A DNA stretch of 64,000 bases, from contig NC_086108.1 of NCBI RefSeq assembly GCF_963921235.1, positions 53,508,001 through 53,572,000 of the forward strand, in the 5' to 3' direction. The position numbers and the translations under genes were made by a program. The first letter of the stretch is position 1. Every line of letters begins with the position of its first letter. Shown piece after piece: positions 49,055 to 63,000 of this stretch. Under the pieces are notes generated by a model. The model searched no databases and was not told the origin of the DNA. It saw nothing but the letters and a program-made list of their open reading frames with translations. Source of the stretch: Mobula hypostoma. Taxonomy: Eukaryota.

Positions 49055-49745
49055 TGAGCTGTGTATATTTCAATGCAAGGAGTATTGTTTGAAAGGTGCT
49101 TGAGCTTAAAGCATGAATCAGCATGTGGAATTATGACATAGCCATTAGTGAGACTTGGTTGCAGGAAGGGCAGGACTGGCAGCTCAATGTTTCAGGATTC
49201 CATTGTTTTAGACATGATCGAGTGGAAGGGATTAAAGAGGAAGGGGTGACAATATCAGTCAGGGAAAATGACACAGCAATGCTCAGGCAGAACAGACTGG
49301 AGAGTTCATATTCTGAGGCTGTATGGGTGGAACTGAGGAAAAAGAAAGGGATGACCACGTTAAAAGAATTATATTATAGACCACCCAGCAGTCCACAGGA
49401 CTTAGAGGAGCAAATTTGGAGAGAGTTTGCAGGCTGTTGCAAGAAACATATGGTTGATAATAGGTGATTTTAACTTTCCACATATTTATTGGGACTCCCG
49501 TACTGTAAAAAAGTTTGGATGGGATAGAGTTTGCCAAATGTGTTCAGGAAAGTTTCCTTAATCAGTACATAGAAGTCCCAACAAGAGAGAGTGTGATACT
49601 AGATCTCCCATAAGTGAATAAGACAGGGCAGGTGACAGATGCTTGTGTAGGGGAACACTTTGCATTTAGTGATCATAATGCCATTAGTTTCAAGATAACT
49701 ATGGGGAAGGATAAGTCTGGTCCTTGGTTTGAGATTTTAAATTGG
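49055..49745 (+). mobile_element. CR1 ORF2 APE endonuclease fragment
   Basis: YFNARSI, AISETWL, VWVELR, YYRPP, GDFNFP, SDHN; similar to 10550-11240. Confidence 0.88.
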
Positions 49746-50209
49746 AATCTCAAATGAAGGCGATTCAGTTTTCCTTCCAGGGAGCGAGCATTGGAGAGGA
49801 GCACTGATAGGAGAGCCAGCCCACTGCCCACAGCCCAGCGCGGATTCCAGCGAGCCTGCTACGTCTCGATTCTCTCCTATGCTGCGTCTGGCTCCTCCCC
49901 CCAGGTGGCTGTAACAGGCCACGTCACACGGTCCGTGCAAAAACCCAGGGCCACGCATCTCCTCTGCCATTGGACCCACCAATAAACTAATAAACCGACC
50001 ATACAATATTTTGTATTAGCAATGATTAACAGTGTCTTGTGATCACTGGAAAAATATTTAACACAAAACATTTACACCACTTGCAGGTCCCAGTGAGGCT
50101 GCTACAACTAGTCGCACTGACATCTTACTGGAAGTAAGTTGGCAGGTTGGCAAGTTCTGCAAGTAGGGATCCATGCATGGTTCCAGCTTTCCAAAATCTA
50201 CAACTATTT

Positions 50210-50400
50210 GACTGAGGCGACCAAGTGTCACATTTCCAAATTTGCTGATGATACTGAACGAAACGGGATGTAGGAATGGTAGAAGTGATAATGAGACGTG
50301 AAGTGGTTATGGAAAAACTGAGTGAGTGGCTGAGGACATGGCAGATGGGAAAAATGCCAAGTTTTCAACTTTGATGCATGTAGCAGAGGAATAGGGTGTT
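50210..50400 (+). repeat. Very old CR1 RT remnant
   Basis: atttccaaatttgctgatgatact (ISKFADDT), gagtgg..acatggcagatg. Confidence 0.55.
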
Positions 50401-50689
50401 GTTGGATGGTTGGTGGGTGGATGGTAGCAAATGTGTGGAAATCTCAATTGCTATCTTGTTTTTCTTCTAGCACCTACCAAGTACTGATTGCCTGGGTCCA
50501 GCAGCCAGTGACAGCACTGTGAACGCAAAAAGAAAACAAACTACAGTTTCATTTCCTCCACTTCGCCTTATTTAAAATATGTCACAATCTAATCCAATTA
50601 AGAAGTTAAAGATATGACACCAAGTAGCACCTTTCATAAATTCTAATGTGCTTTATGGTCCAAGTATTTGTTCAAGTATGTTCACTATT

Positions 50690-51001
50690 TTTATTTAGGA
50701 CATGCACAGCAGTTTACCACAAACAGGAGTATGATACTGACCGGGTAACTTGTTTTCGTGTTGTTGCTCGAGGAAGCGATATTGGTCAGGATATCAGGTA
50801 TAACTTCCCAGCTCTTTTCAAGGTAATGTAATGGAATCATTTGCATCCATCTGAAAACATAAAAGGACAACATCATTCCTAGTCACCTGAAAGGCAGCAT
50901 CTCTGTATAAAGTGCCCTCCATATTTCTGTTGGCTTTAACTCCAGTCTTTGAGGCATGATTTGAACCCATGGCTTTCTCACTCATCGTTGACTTAGCCAC
51001 A
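50690..51001 (-). mobile_element. Old tRNA-headed DeuSINE (SacSINE1/AmnSINE-like) remnant
   Basis: Minus-strand head gtggctaagt..gggttcaaatc; Deu-like segment ctgaaaggcagcatctc..agtgc and cccagctcttttcaa..tggaatcatttgcatcca; matched from memory only. Confidence 0.55.
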
Positions 51002-51949
51002 TGGCAAACCAGTGAAAAATGTAGCAACTGATAGAGTGGGAGGAGACACTTATTAGTGTATATTTTTATTGTAATTTATTTGCAGGAGCACGAAAGCTTT
51101 AACACCCATTTAATACAAATAATCATAATGTGAGGAAAGTATTGTGTAACTCAAACCTCTGTAATCAGTGACAAAGAGAAAACTTTATAGCAACAGAATG
51201 TAAAACTGCTCGAGAAAAGATTAAATATCAAGATCACAATTATTTCTCAACCATAAATGGAAAAGATGATCTTTGCAGTTAGTTTGCATAGGACAAAAGC
51301 GAAAAATATTTGAGAAACTCAAATAATTTAAGGGTTACACTGAAATTCTGCTCATGTTACATTCATTCTATTTCAAAAACACTAGAGAAATCCATCATCA
51401 AACAGGGTTGATGAAGCCTGCTAGACTCTGTGTGTTTTACCATCACAGTCCTTAGAAGGAGATGGTTTTAGGTTTCTCAGCATTGGGCCTCCGTGGTCTT
51501 GGGTTTAAATCCTATAGTGCAAACATTTATGCTTGAGGTATTTGTATGAAATTCAAAACAACCTTTCAAAGTGGGAAAAATAGTATAAACAGAACTAAAA
51601 TTGATTGCTTCTGAAACAATGCCAGAAGTAAGAAGCTGTATTTTTTTTTAAAAAGGAACTGAGGTTCAGTAAATGTATTATCTTTCAGTTTCTCTTGCTG
51701 GATAGTGTTGTTGTCTTTGCCCCAAGTTTGACAGGCTCATCTCCTCCATCACCACCTCCACTCTTCAAAAAGATCAGACTCATACTAATCCACAGGGTGG
51801 AACCAACTTGATTTCATTTGAGAGAAGTGTTTAACATGTGACCGAGCATTTTACAATATCACTCAAAGTTTACATTATCCACAGTTTAACACACACAAGC
51901 CCATTTCTATCCTTACTGTATCTATCTACCCATATGTTCCTGCTAATGA

Positions 51950-53060
51950 TGCAATTAATTGAATGTGATACACAGAAGTGTGCAATGGAATTCCTTGCGT
52001 GAAGCTAACAGTGTGTGTATAATAAATACAGTAATAATACAATAATGAGTGCAAAACAGCTGTAACAGACTGTAACACAGTCTGACCTATTGCAAAAGGA
52101 AATAGTAAAGTGACAATAATGGATACCCAGTGTGGCACTGCTGAGAAGGGGAAATGAAAGAAATGATTGTTTCAGAAGTCTAATGGCAGTTCTTAAATCT
52201 AGTCATCTGTGCTTTCAACCTCCTCTGTTTTCTAGATGGTTGAAAAGGGAATTGCCAGGGGCTCAGACATCCTTGATGATACCTTTAGCCTCCCTGAAGC
52301 AATGCACAGTGCTGACATACTTAATGGAAGAAAGTGAAGAACTTTTGGTGGAGTGGGCAGTGTTTGCCACTTCCTGCTTGTTCCGTCGGTCAAGAGCAGA
52401 GCAGCTGCCATTATCAGGCTAAGATGCAATCTATTTTCCATAGCACATCGGTAGAAGTTTGGGAGTATCCTTGTGGACAAGCTGAATTTCCCAGATCCTG
52501 AAGTAAGTAATGTGCTCATTTGGTTTCTTGATCACCGTGTCAATGTGAAAGGACCAGGTCAAGTTGCAGAAGATATGCTTCACGTGAAGCTGCCAGTCAT
52601 CTTTGTGGCAGCTCCATTGATGAGGATAAGGTTGTGTTCCCCACTCTCCCTCCTACTCCCCCACCTTTCTTAGGTCAAAACCAATTCTTTCATCATGTTG
52701 TTGGTAAGGGCTAAGTTGGTCTGACGTCATGATACAAGGTTTGTGATCTCTTTCTAGCACTGTGTCTCATCATTGTAGTTTTAGTTGATAACAGTGGTAT
52801 CAATGGCACTATGTCTGGCCACACAGTCATGGGTATACAAGGAGTGGAGTAGGGACTGAGCATGCATCTCTGTTGAGCGCCAGTGTTGCAGATCACGGTA
52901 GATGAAATCATCATTTCTGACTGACTGAGGACTGCCTTTCAGGAAATCTAAAAGCGAGTTACAAGTGGGAGTCCCAAAGCCAAGGCCCAGGCATTTAGAC
53001 ATGTGTGTTCCATAATATGTTGTTGAAGAATAAGCAGAAGTCAATAAATAACACTGGAAA
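51950..53060 (-). mobile_element. Old Rex1-type LINE fragment
   Basis: ICNTGAQQRCMLSP, YTHDCVARH, NFYRCAME remnants. Confidence 0.75.
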
Positions 53061-53505
53061 GCAATTAAACATAGAAACTAAATATGCTTGGATGTTGTCT
53101 TCAGTTGTGGTATTGAAGACTAAGAACAAAGAATTGTTTCCATTTTGTTGTTTATTATATTACAAAGTTCTTTTGGAACGCTGCCAAGTGCAATCTATAA
53201 AATATCAAAGCTAGAGTTCTTATTTTTTGTAATATAATTTTACAATTTAGCCATAGATTTTTATTTCTTCCAAATAATTATCAACAAAAATCTCTAGAGA
53301 TTAGCATTTGTGCAGCAGTAATTCTGTAAAAAATGTAAACAGCTGCATATTGAAATAATTTGACAATGGGAAATTCCATTGAGACAAAGAACAAGATATC
53401 ATTAAACATTTTCATTACTTTCTTGAATGTAGCAACTAGATAATAATGATTTTGTACATAAGTGCTAATACCCCTTTGTTTTCTATTCTTTTGCTAGTGA
53501 TCAAT

Positions 53506-54095
53506 ATCAGAATCAGAATCAGGTTTACTATCACCGGCATGTGTCATGAAATTTGTTAACTTAGTAGCAGCAGTTCAATGCAATACACAATATAGAAGAA
53601 GAAAAAAATAAATAAATAGTAAATCAATTACAGTATATGTATATTGAATATATTAAAAACCGTGCAAAAACAGGAATAAACATATTTAAAACGTGAACAA
53701 CAGGAATTCTGCAGATGCTGGAAATACCACTCCACTAGTTGGCATATCTTGCTCCTGTGTATCCTCTCATCTCCATCTGAGATTTTACCAACAATGGTTG
53801 TATCATTAGCAAATTTGTAGATGGTATTTGAGCTATGCCTAACCACACAGTCATGTGTCTATAGAGAATAGAGCAGTGGTTAAGCACACACTCCTGAGGT
53901 GCACCAGTATTGATTGTCAGCAAGGAGGAGATATTATCACCAATTCGCACTGATTGTGGTTTTCCGGTTAGGAAGTCGAGGATCCAATTGCAGAGGGGGG
54001 TACAGAGGACCAGGTTCTCTAACTTGTCAATCAGGATTGTGGGAATGATGGTGTTAAATGCTGAGCTATAGTCGATGAACAGAATCCTGACATAG
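53506..54095 (-). mobile_element. Rex1-type LINE with internal deletion patched by a PLE terminus
   Basis: [33 protein letters not shown]; (gattct)n tail at 53506-53521. Confidence 0.88.
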
Positions 54096-56221
54096 GTCCT
54101 GGCAATACACCAAACTTGCTCACAGGTGACATACTGTATGTATCAACAAAAGACTTACCATTTTAGTTGGTAAGTAAACTATATATGTTATGTTTATCTA
54201 CCAGCTAAACATTAGTTGATACATGTATCAGCTTTTTATTAGGTACAAAATTGCCATAATTCAAAATAGTGAAGCCCTTTTTAATGTCAAGCAAGTGTTG
54301 TGCAGGGTTTGGGTGTGACGCTGTGAAAGGAGTTAGAGACTTGGAAAACTGATCATTATTTTGCCATCTTTGAAAATTGTCAGGTCTTGTGAATGTCCCT
54401 GGGACATCTAAAAAAAAATTAGTAATCATTGAAACAATTAAGTAAAATAAAATAGTGAAACTTCAATATTAAAACACTCAAAAGTACCAACACTTCTAAA
54501 TATTTAAATCCACTAAAGCAAGTTCAAATAATTTCTTATACTAAAATCTTTTTCGAGGTAGCCTTGCCTTTTAGCTTAATCAAGACACATACCTCACTTT
54601 TTTTGGCCATGGTTCCTTAGTTACACATGTGGAACTTTTAACGTTTAGGAGAATGTTCTGGATTTTTATTATCCAAAATATTCTCTGAGTATTTCCCACC
54701 TTTGTACATTTACTCATTAACTTTTCAATCCTGTTTACTATTGTCAGTTTATTTCTTGTCCTTCAAGGTTCGGCTAACTTAGATTTAAAATCTTTTGTTG
54801 TGGTTTTCTGTTTGCAACTGAAAATCAAATCATTTTCTTCTCAAACTGTTCCTTTACCATCAAACTGTAAACTCGTTCTGGCTGGCTATGCATTAATAAA
54901 TCCAGTGTAACTAACATTCCCTTGATGGTTCTAAAATATATTTTCCATTTTAAAAAAAGTTCTCTGAATGCAGTCTACAAATTCACTGCTTCTTTGTTTT
55001 GAGATGTTTTGCTTCTTACGGAATATGTAAAAGTAGGTTTTGCCATAGGCTTCTCTAATTTCCATAGTTTTGTATTCTCACTGCTGTATCATCACTACCA
55101 AGAGGTTTGCAGCTTACCTCCACTGTAGCTTTGAATCTTTTGCTGATTCTTAATTCTGCTTGAAACCCTTACACTGCGGGTTCATTTCTACTCAACCATT
55201 TTTATCTCCCCTCAACACTCATTCGCCTTTTCACTTTTTCTGATTTTTGTTTTGGTGCTGGACTATTTATTCATTCTTTCATTTAACTTTTGGTATTATT
55301 AATACACTTATTATTTCAGTCTTTCATCTCTTAATTAATTTAAACTTTGTGTAGTGTTATTTACCAATCCAATTGGAATGTTGTTTCAGGTATAGTCTTC
55401 CCTGATTTTTTTTTCCCTGTCCAAAGGAACCTGTAATTTATTTATCTTAATGCATCAACTTACCCATTTGACAATGAAAGTTTGTTTATTACCCTAACCT
55501 CATATTTAATGTTTTATGTTAAGTTGTCTTAAATTTACAATCTGGACAAGGTTAGAATATGGATGTGTAAATAAACACTGAGATTTAAGTCATTCGACTA
55601 TTCACTCTTTCCTCGTGTCGACTGTGACTTTATTTTTTTAAGCATACCCACTGTTTCAGCTTTTAAGTCACTCAGGATCCCTGTGCTTTTTCTGACAATT
55701 CTTCATTGCCACTGCTCACATTCTGGCGCTATTTATCCAATCCCCTGCCATATTCTGCCTACATTGCACAGCCGTTATTATTTCTGGCTTCTCTCACAAC
55801 ATTCTACTGTCTTGAAGTTTCCGATTTTTATATATGCACTTCATCACTTCTGCTTGAATTTCATCCAAATTTTCCTAATGAACATTTTGCCAAATTCCTT
55901 GCCCAATCAGAATATTCACCCAGGTGGCCTTTCATTTGGCATAAGTATAAATATTGACAAGACCTTTGGCCACCAGGAGATGCACGGGCACACGTATTCC
56001 AACAAGAATTGTCCAGAGAGTAAAGTCAGAGAATCAAGATTAGCTTTCTCCTTCCCTTCATGGGGAAATTCAGGCAAAATATATTCCTGCCTAGCTCAGC
56101 ACAGCTGAGTAATTGAGCTGATCCTCCTTGCCTGTTCTGCTCATTTAGATCACCTTATTACTGTCACTCCAATCTCGCTTTTTATAATCCTATGAAAATT
56201 GAACATGCTGACAATTTGCAG

Positions 56222-56936
56222 TATCTCAGGTGGAGGCATGATCAGGTCCTGAAGACCATCGCTGAAACCGTCAGCGCAGGAGTTGAGTGGGCGAAGCGGT
56301 CCCGACCCTCCAAGCAGACCATTGCCTTTGTCAGAGCTGGGGAGCAGCCAATACCTGCCAAAAGAACATCTGCAGGCATTCTGACCTCTGCAAGGGACTG
56401 GCAGCTGTTGGTGGACCTCGAATGGCAGCCGAAGTTCCCCAACCATATCGCAGCCACCACCCTGTGACCAGACATTGTCCTAGTGTCTGAGTTGACTAAG
56501 CAAGTGGTGCTGCTGGAGCTGACAGTCCCATGGGAAGATAGCTTGGAGGAGGCCTTTGAAAGGAAGCTCTCCAAGTACGCAGGACTGGTCAGCAACTGTC
56601 AGCAGGCTGGATGGAGAGCGAGGTGTCTCCCAGTGGAGGTTGGTTGTAGGAGATTTGCAGCCCGTTCCTTAGCTAGAGCCTTCAGCAATTTGGGCATCGA
56701 GGGAGAGAGGAAGAGGAGAGCCATCCGCAGTACGACCGATGTGGCAGAGAGGGCCTCAAGATGGCTGTGGCGCAAAAGAGGGGAGCCATGGAGACATAAG
56801 TAGCTAGCCACCTGGACTCAAGCTGGGGTCTGATCAGCCCCGGTTGGGTCACCTGGAGGAGGTTGTATGATGTTGAAAGACCCGAAACACCCGAAGATTC
56901 CAGGAACATCACTGAAGATGTGTCCTGAAGCATCAG
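56222..56936 (+). mobile_element. R2-superfamily (Hero/NeSL-like) LINE 3' end with restriction-like endonuclease
   Basis: WRHDQVL (RHD), .PDIVL (RPD codon mutated to stop), LLELTVPWE, ERKLSKY, PVEVG motifs in ORFs 56192-56467 and 56483-56803. Confidence 0.85.
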
Positions 56937-58134
56937 TAGATGTATGTACACAGAAGAAGGGTAGAATATGGCATCAATGACAGATATGTTGAATTAATTC
57001 ATTTAATTCTATTTCATTGCTCATAACATTGTATAATTAATGCTTCAGTTATTCATATTGACACCATATTTTTATGGAAACCGCGCTCCTCTTTAATATG
57101 TAATTCTGAAAAGAAACCGAATGTTGTATTTAGCTTCTTGCCCCATTCACTGCGTGCTGTGTCTTTGTTGGACTGAATGATGTCTGAGCTGATAATGTCA
57201 CAACACAATCAGATACCATTCTAAATTTCAAATATGAGACATTGTTCAACTTCCTTTGTAGCAATGCTCTCTTTTGAAATCATGTCATAGAATTTTTAAG
57301 TTTGCAGATCAGAAAGCCTATTAGCGTTGAGGGTGCTAAGCCAGGTAGCAAGAGCGGTTTCATCTTTCTATTTCTGAAGGACAACCACACTATTGCAAGC
57401 AGTAAGTATAGGGCTGTTTTTCTCATTTCAAATGAGCCCTGGGTTTGTAATAAAATTTTCTGCACTTGCAGAAATGCCTTCCAATATATAAAGCTTAGAG
57501 GAATCTAGTTTATTACTTGGGTTACTACCCAACTGAACTGAAGCCAAAATATTTGTTTTGTCAAGGGTCTTCATTAAACTGAAGGTTTGGCAGAAATAAT
57601 CAGGGGCAGGATAGTTTGCAATTGTTTTCCAGTGGCATAGTGGATGATGTAGTGAATGAATACTGTATGTGAATTGTTATAAACCCTCATTTATCCCATG
57701 GCTGCAACTTCTAGAGCATTACATTTTTTTTATATGGTTGCTTTCAATTCCTACAACCTTACCATTTCTCCCAGCAAAGACATTCTTAGGTTGGGAATTT
57801 AATATGTAACAAAAAATTTTCTGCATTGGGTGAGGGAGAAATAGTCACAGACCTGAAATTTAGCAAAAGTAGTAGCAGCAACAAATTAGATTACTAACCA
57901 AGTGGCAGTCTCTCACCTTTGGTCCAAGAAACCCTCAGAAACCAAGAACAAATTGTTGGATATGGCTTGTTCACCATATTCACAATGAACAAATATCAGA
58001 TACTAAAGTCCTACATGTACAATAGTCTCACATTATATTAAATGAGAACCATTTTCATGACAGAATCACTCAACTGTGTGCTTGCTTTATCACATTTTGC
58101 ATATCATTGTGAATGGTTAATGGGCAGACATTTG

Positions 58135-58520
58135 CCTCCCCAGCATCCAGAACATCTTCAAAAGGTGACGCCTCAAAAAAGGAGCATCCATCAGTAAGAA
58201 GTCCCATCACCCAGGACACACCCTCTTCTCATTGCCACCATCACGGAGGAGGTACAGGAGCTTGAAGACACACACTCAATGTTTCAGGAACAACTTCTTC
58301 CCCTCCGCCATCAGATTTCTGAATGGACAACATACCCATGAACACTACCTCAATATTTTTTCCTCTCTTTTTGCACTGCTTATTTAATTTAATTTCTTTT
58401 TACTATTCTTATTGTAATTTATAGTATTTATTATTACGAATTGCAATATACTGCTGCTGCAAAACAACACGTTTCACAACATATGTCAGTGATATTAAAC
58501 CTGATCCTATTTCTGATTCA
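58135..58520 (+). mobile_element. Rex1-type LINE 3' end
   Basis: cacccaggaca..ccctcttctcattg..aggaggtacagg; UTR ending taaacctgat..tctgattc. Confidence 0.85.
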
Positions 58521-58959
58521 AACCGAGGTTACAAGTGCTGGTGGTTTCCCGCGATATGACATCCCTGCCTCTTGGCACACTTTTGCAACATTTCTACTTT
58601 CTTGGAGGAATCAATGAATACCGATCAGATTGGGAGTATGGGTGAATTTTTCCTCAACCTATTTGAGATTGATGTTCAACTCCAGCTGCAATCTGTGTAA
58701 CTTAGACCTTGTGTTTCAAACCTCTTCAAAGAGACATGCAGAGAATGAAGAGAAAAAGCATTGTGGAAGCTACTAGAGTGGCAAAGTATTGCTACACATA
58801 TGAGTGCTGCCAAGTTATGGAATGCCGAGTTCCTAACCTTCAACATGCTGCCGTAACTGAGATCAGGTTTGAGCCACTGAACAGGGATTGATGTAAATTA
58901 TTTCCAGCATCGGGGTTGAAGTAGCTTCAAGAGAGCCAGTGACGCATATTCTTATGCTG

Positions 58960-59980
58960 GCAACACTGGTGCACCTCAGGGGTGTGTGCTTAGCCCACTG
59001 CTCTACTCTCTATATACACATGACTGTGTGGCTAGGCATAGCTCAAATACCATCTATAAATTTGCTGATGATACAACCATTGTTGGTAGAATCTCAGGTG
59101 GTGACAAGAGGGTGTACAGGAGTGAGATATGCCAACTAGTGGAGTGGTGCTGCAGCAACAACCTGGCACTCAACGTCAGTAAGACAAAAGAGCTGATTGT
59201 GGACTTCAGGAAGGGTAAGACGAAGGTACACATACCAATCCTCATAGAGGGATCAGAAGTGGAGAGAGTGAGCAGTTTCAAGTTCCTGGGTGTCAAGATC
59301 TCTGAGAATCTAACCTGATCCCAACATATTGATGTAATTATAAAGAAGGCAAGACAGCGGCTATATTTTATTAGGAGTTTGAAGAGACTTGGCATGTCAA
59401 CAAATAGACTCAAAAACTTCTATAGTTGTACCGTGGAGAGCATTCTGACAGGCTGCATCACTGTCTGGTATGGAGGGGCTACTGCACAGGACCAAAAGAA
59501 GCTGAAGAAGGTTGTGAATCTAGTCAGCTCCATCTTGGGTACTACAAAGTACCCAGGACATCTTTGGGGAGCGGTGTCTCAGAAAGACAGCGTCCATTAT
59601 TAAGGACCTCCAGCACCCAGGGCATGCCCTTTCCTCACTGTTACCATCAGGCAGGAGGTACAGAAGCCTGAAGGCACACACTCAGCGATTCAGGAATAGC
59701 TTCTTCCCCTCTGCCATCCGATTCCTAAATGGACAATGAACCTTTGGACACTACCTCACTTTTTTTTAATATACAGTATTTCTGTTTTTGCATATTTTTG
59801 CACATTTAAAAAAATCTATTCAATATACGTAATTGATTTACTTGTTTATTTATTATTGCTTTATTTTATTTATTATTTTTTTTCTCTCTCTGTTAGTTTA
59901 TGTATTGCATTGAACTGCTGCTGCTAAGTTAACAAATTTCACGTCACATGCCGGTGATAATATACCTGATACTGATTCTC
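58960..59980 (+). mobile_element. Rex1-type LINE 3' fragment
   Basis: LSPLLYSLYTHDC..KFADDTTIVG..KTKELIVDFRK (58986-59318); 3' UTR and tail. Confidence 0.92.
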
Positions 59981-60099
59981 TGATCAACGAAAGTAATGTG
60001 CAGAAGTGGAAGAACAATGGATTCTGGGTGAAAATGGAGAGGTTCATGGTCTAAATTGTACAGGGAACAAAACTAACGAGGACTGGGAGTCTGTTCTCT

Positions 60100-63000
60100 A
60101 AGGATGCAGCTCCTTAGAGACTGTGTTAAAGAAGTGAAGCTGCAGCTCGATGACCTTCGGATTGTTAGGGAGAATAAAAAGGTGACAGGAGCTACAGGGA
60201 GGTAGTCACCCCAAGGCCACAGGAGACAGATAAATAGGTGACTGTCAGGAGAGAGAAGGAAGAACGTCAGATAGTGGAAAACACCCTTGTAGCCATCCCC
60301 CTCAACAATAAATACTGTACTCCATCTTGAGAACTGTGCGAGGGGACATCCTACCTGCAGGAAGTAATAGTGGCCATGCCTCTGCAACTGAGTCTGGCCC
60401 TGTGGCTCAGAAGTGTAGGGCACTGAAGAGGATGACAGCAGTAATTGGGGACTCTACAGTTACAAGGACAGATAGGCAATTTGTGGAAAAAGAAACACAG
60501 ATGGTAGTTTGCCTCCCAGGTGCCGGGGTTCGCAATGTTTCTGAATGCGTCCTCAATATCCTGAAAAGGGAGGGTTAGCAGACAGAAGTTGTGGTACATA
60601 TTGGTAAGAACAACGTAGGTAGAAAAAGGGATGAGGTCCTGAAAAAAGAATATAGGCAGTTAGGAAGGAAGCTGAGAAACAGGGCCTCAAGGGTAGTAAT
60701 CTCGGGAATGTTGCCTGTGTCACACAACCGTAAGGATAGGATTAGAATGAGGTGGCAGATAAATACGTGGCCGAAGAATTGGAGCAGTGGGCAAGAATTC
60801 AGATTTCTGGATAGTTGGGACCTCTTCTGGGGCAGGTGGGACCTGTACAAAAGGGACAGGTTGCATTTAAATCTGAGGGGGACCAATATTCTTGCTGGCA
60901 GGTTTACTAGAGTTGTTAGAAGTGGTTTAAACTAATAAGGCAGGGAATGGGAACCAGTATGGTAGAGCTGAGAATGAGCCAGCAGGTTTACAAGAAGATG
61001 ATGGATGTAACATGAATGTAAGGAAGGACAAGCCATGATTGAGTACAAATGGAGACAGAGCAAAGAGTTAAATTGTACCATAGAGGCAATATTCAAAAGG
61101 GTGAAGAATACAGGACTAAAGGTGCTGTATTTAAATACATGTAGCATTTGGAATAAGGTGGACGAACTTGTGGCACAATTGGAGATTAGTCAGTGTGATA
61201 TTGTGGGCATTACTGAGCCCAGGCTGAAAGAAAGCCATGGCTGGGAACTTAACATCAAAGGATGTATTGAAAGCACAGGCGGTGGTGTGGCTCTGTTGTT
61301 AAGAGATGGAATTACATCTTTAGAAAGAGGTGACCTGGGGTCAGTGAGTGTTGAATCTTTGTGGGTAGAGATAAGAAACTGCAAGGGTTAAAAAAAATTA
61401 TGAGAATTATATATAGGCCACCAAATAGTTGCCAAGATGTGGGGTTGAAATTGCAAAGGGAGCTGGAAAAGCTATGTAATAATGGTAATGTCACAATTGT
61501 AATGGGGGACTTCAATATGCAAGGGGATTGGGAAAATCAGGTTGGTGTCAGATCACAAGAGAGGGAATTTGTTGAATGCTTACGAGATGGCTTTTTAGAA
61601 CAGCTTGTGCATGAACCTACGCAGGGAAAATCTATCTTAGATTGGGTGTTGTGTAATAACCCAGATCTTATGAGGGAGCTTAATGTAAATGAACCCTTAG
61701 GAGGCAGTGATCGTAATATCAAATTTATACTGCAGTTTGAGAGGGAGAAGCACAAGTCACATGTATCAGTATTGCAACGGAATAAAGGGAATTACAGAGG
61801 CATGAGAGAGGAGCTTACCCAGGTGGATTGGTGGAGGATACTGGCGGGGATGATGGCAGAGCAGAGATGGCTGAAGTTTCTGGGAATAGTTCACAAGGCA
61901 GGGATAGATATGTCCCACAGGGAAAGAAGTTCTCACATGGCAGGGGTAGGCAACTGTGGCTGACAAGGGAAGTTAAGGACTGCCTAAAAGCCAAGGAAAG
62001 GGCATATAAAGTAGTAAAAGTGAGTGGGAAGTTGGATGATTGGGAAGCTTATAAAACCCCCCAAAAAAAGCAACTAAAAAGCTAGAAGAAAGGAAAAGAT
62101 TAAATGAGGGCAAACTTGCCAATAAAATAAAGCAGGATACTAAAAGATTTTTTTCAGTTATATAAAGAATAAAAGGGAAGTGAGAATTGATATTGGATCA
62201 CTGGAAAATGATGCTGGTGAGCCAGTAATGGGGGTTGGGGGGGGGGAACCAAGAAATGGCAGATGAACTTAATGGGTATTTTGCATCAGTCTTCACTGTT
62301 GAAGACACTAGCAGTGTGCCAGAGGTCCATGAGTGTTAGGGAGTAGGAATGAGTGCCATTGCTATTACAAAAGAAAAAGTACCAGGCAAACTCAAAGGTC
62401 TTAGAAACATGGAAACATAGAAAATAGGTGCAGGAGTAGGCCATTCGGCCCTTTGAGCCTGCACCGCCATTCAGTATGATCATGGCTGATCATCCAACTC
62501 AGAACCCTGTACTTGCCTTCCCTCCATACCCCCTGATCTCTTTAGCCACAAGGGCCATATCTAACTCCCTCTTAAATATAGCCAATGAACTGGCCTCAAC
62601 TGTTTCCTGTGGCAGAAAATTCCGCAAATTCACCACTCTCTGTGTGAAGCAGTTTTTCCTAATCTCGGTCCTAAAAGGCTTCCACTGTATCCTCAAACTG
62701 TGATCCCTCGTTCTGGACTTCCCCAACATCGGGAAAAATCTTCCTGCATCTAGCCTGTCTAATCCCTTTAGGATTTTATACGTTTCAATAAGATCCCCCC
62801 TCAATCTTCTAAATTCCAACGAGTATAAGCCTAGTTGATCCAGTCTTTCATCATATGAAACTCCTGCCATCCCAGGAATCAATTTGGTGAACCTTCTTTG
62901 TACTCCCTCTATGGCAAGGATGTCTTTCCTCAGATTAGGGGACCAAAACTGCACACAATACTCCAGGTGTGGACTCACCAAGGCCTTGTACAACTGCAGT

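Noticed and set aside
49756..49990. GC-rich patch as a promoter or CpG island
   Set aside because: Too short, abuts a CR1 fragment, and more likely an unrecognised repeat piece
54540..55170. Purine-rich minus-strand stretch ending in gag|gtatgt as a decayed exon
   Set aside because: No ORF of 60 aa or more is annotated here and I recognise no homology
56860..56895. Hammerhead in the Hero-like 3' UTR (tgatg...gaaac)
   Set aside because: The CTGANGA box and stem II are absent
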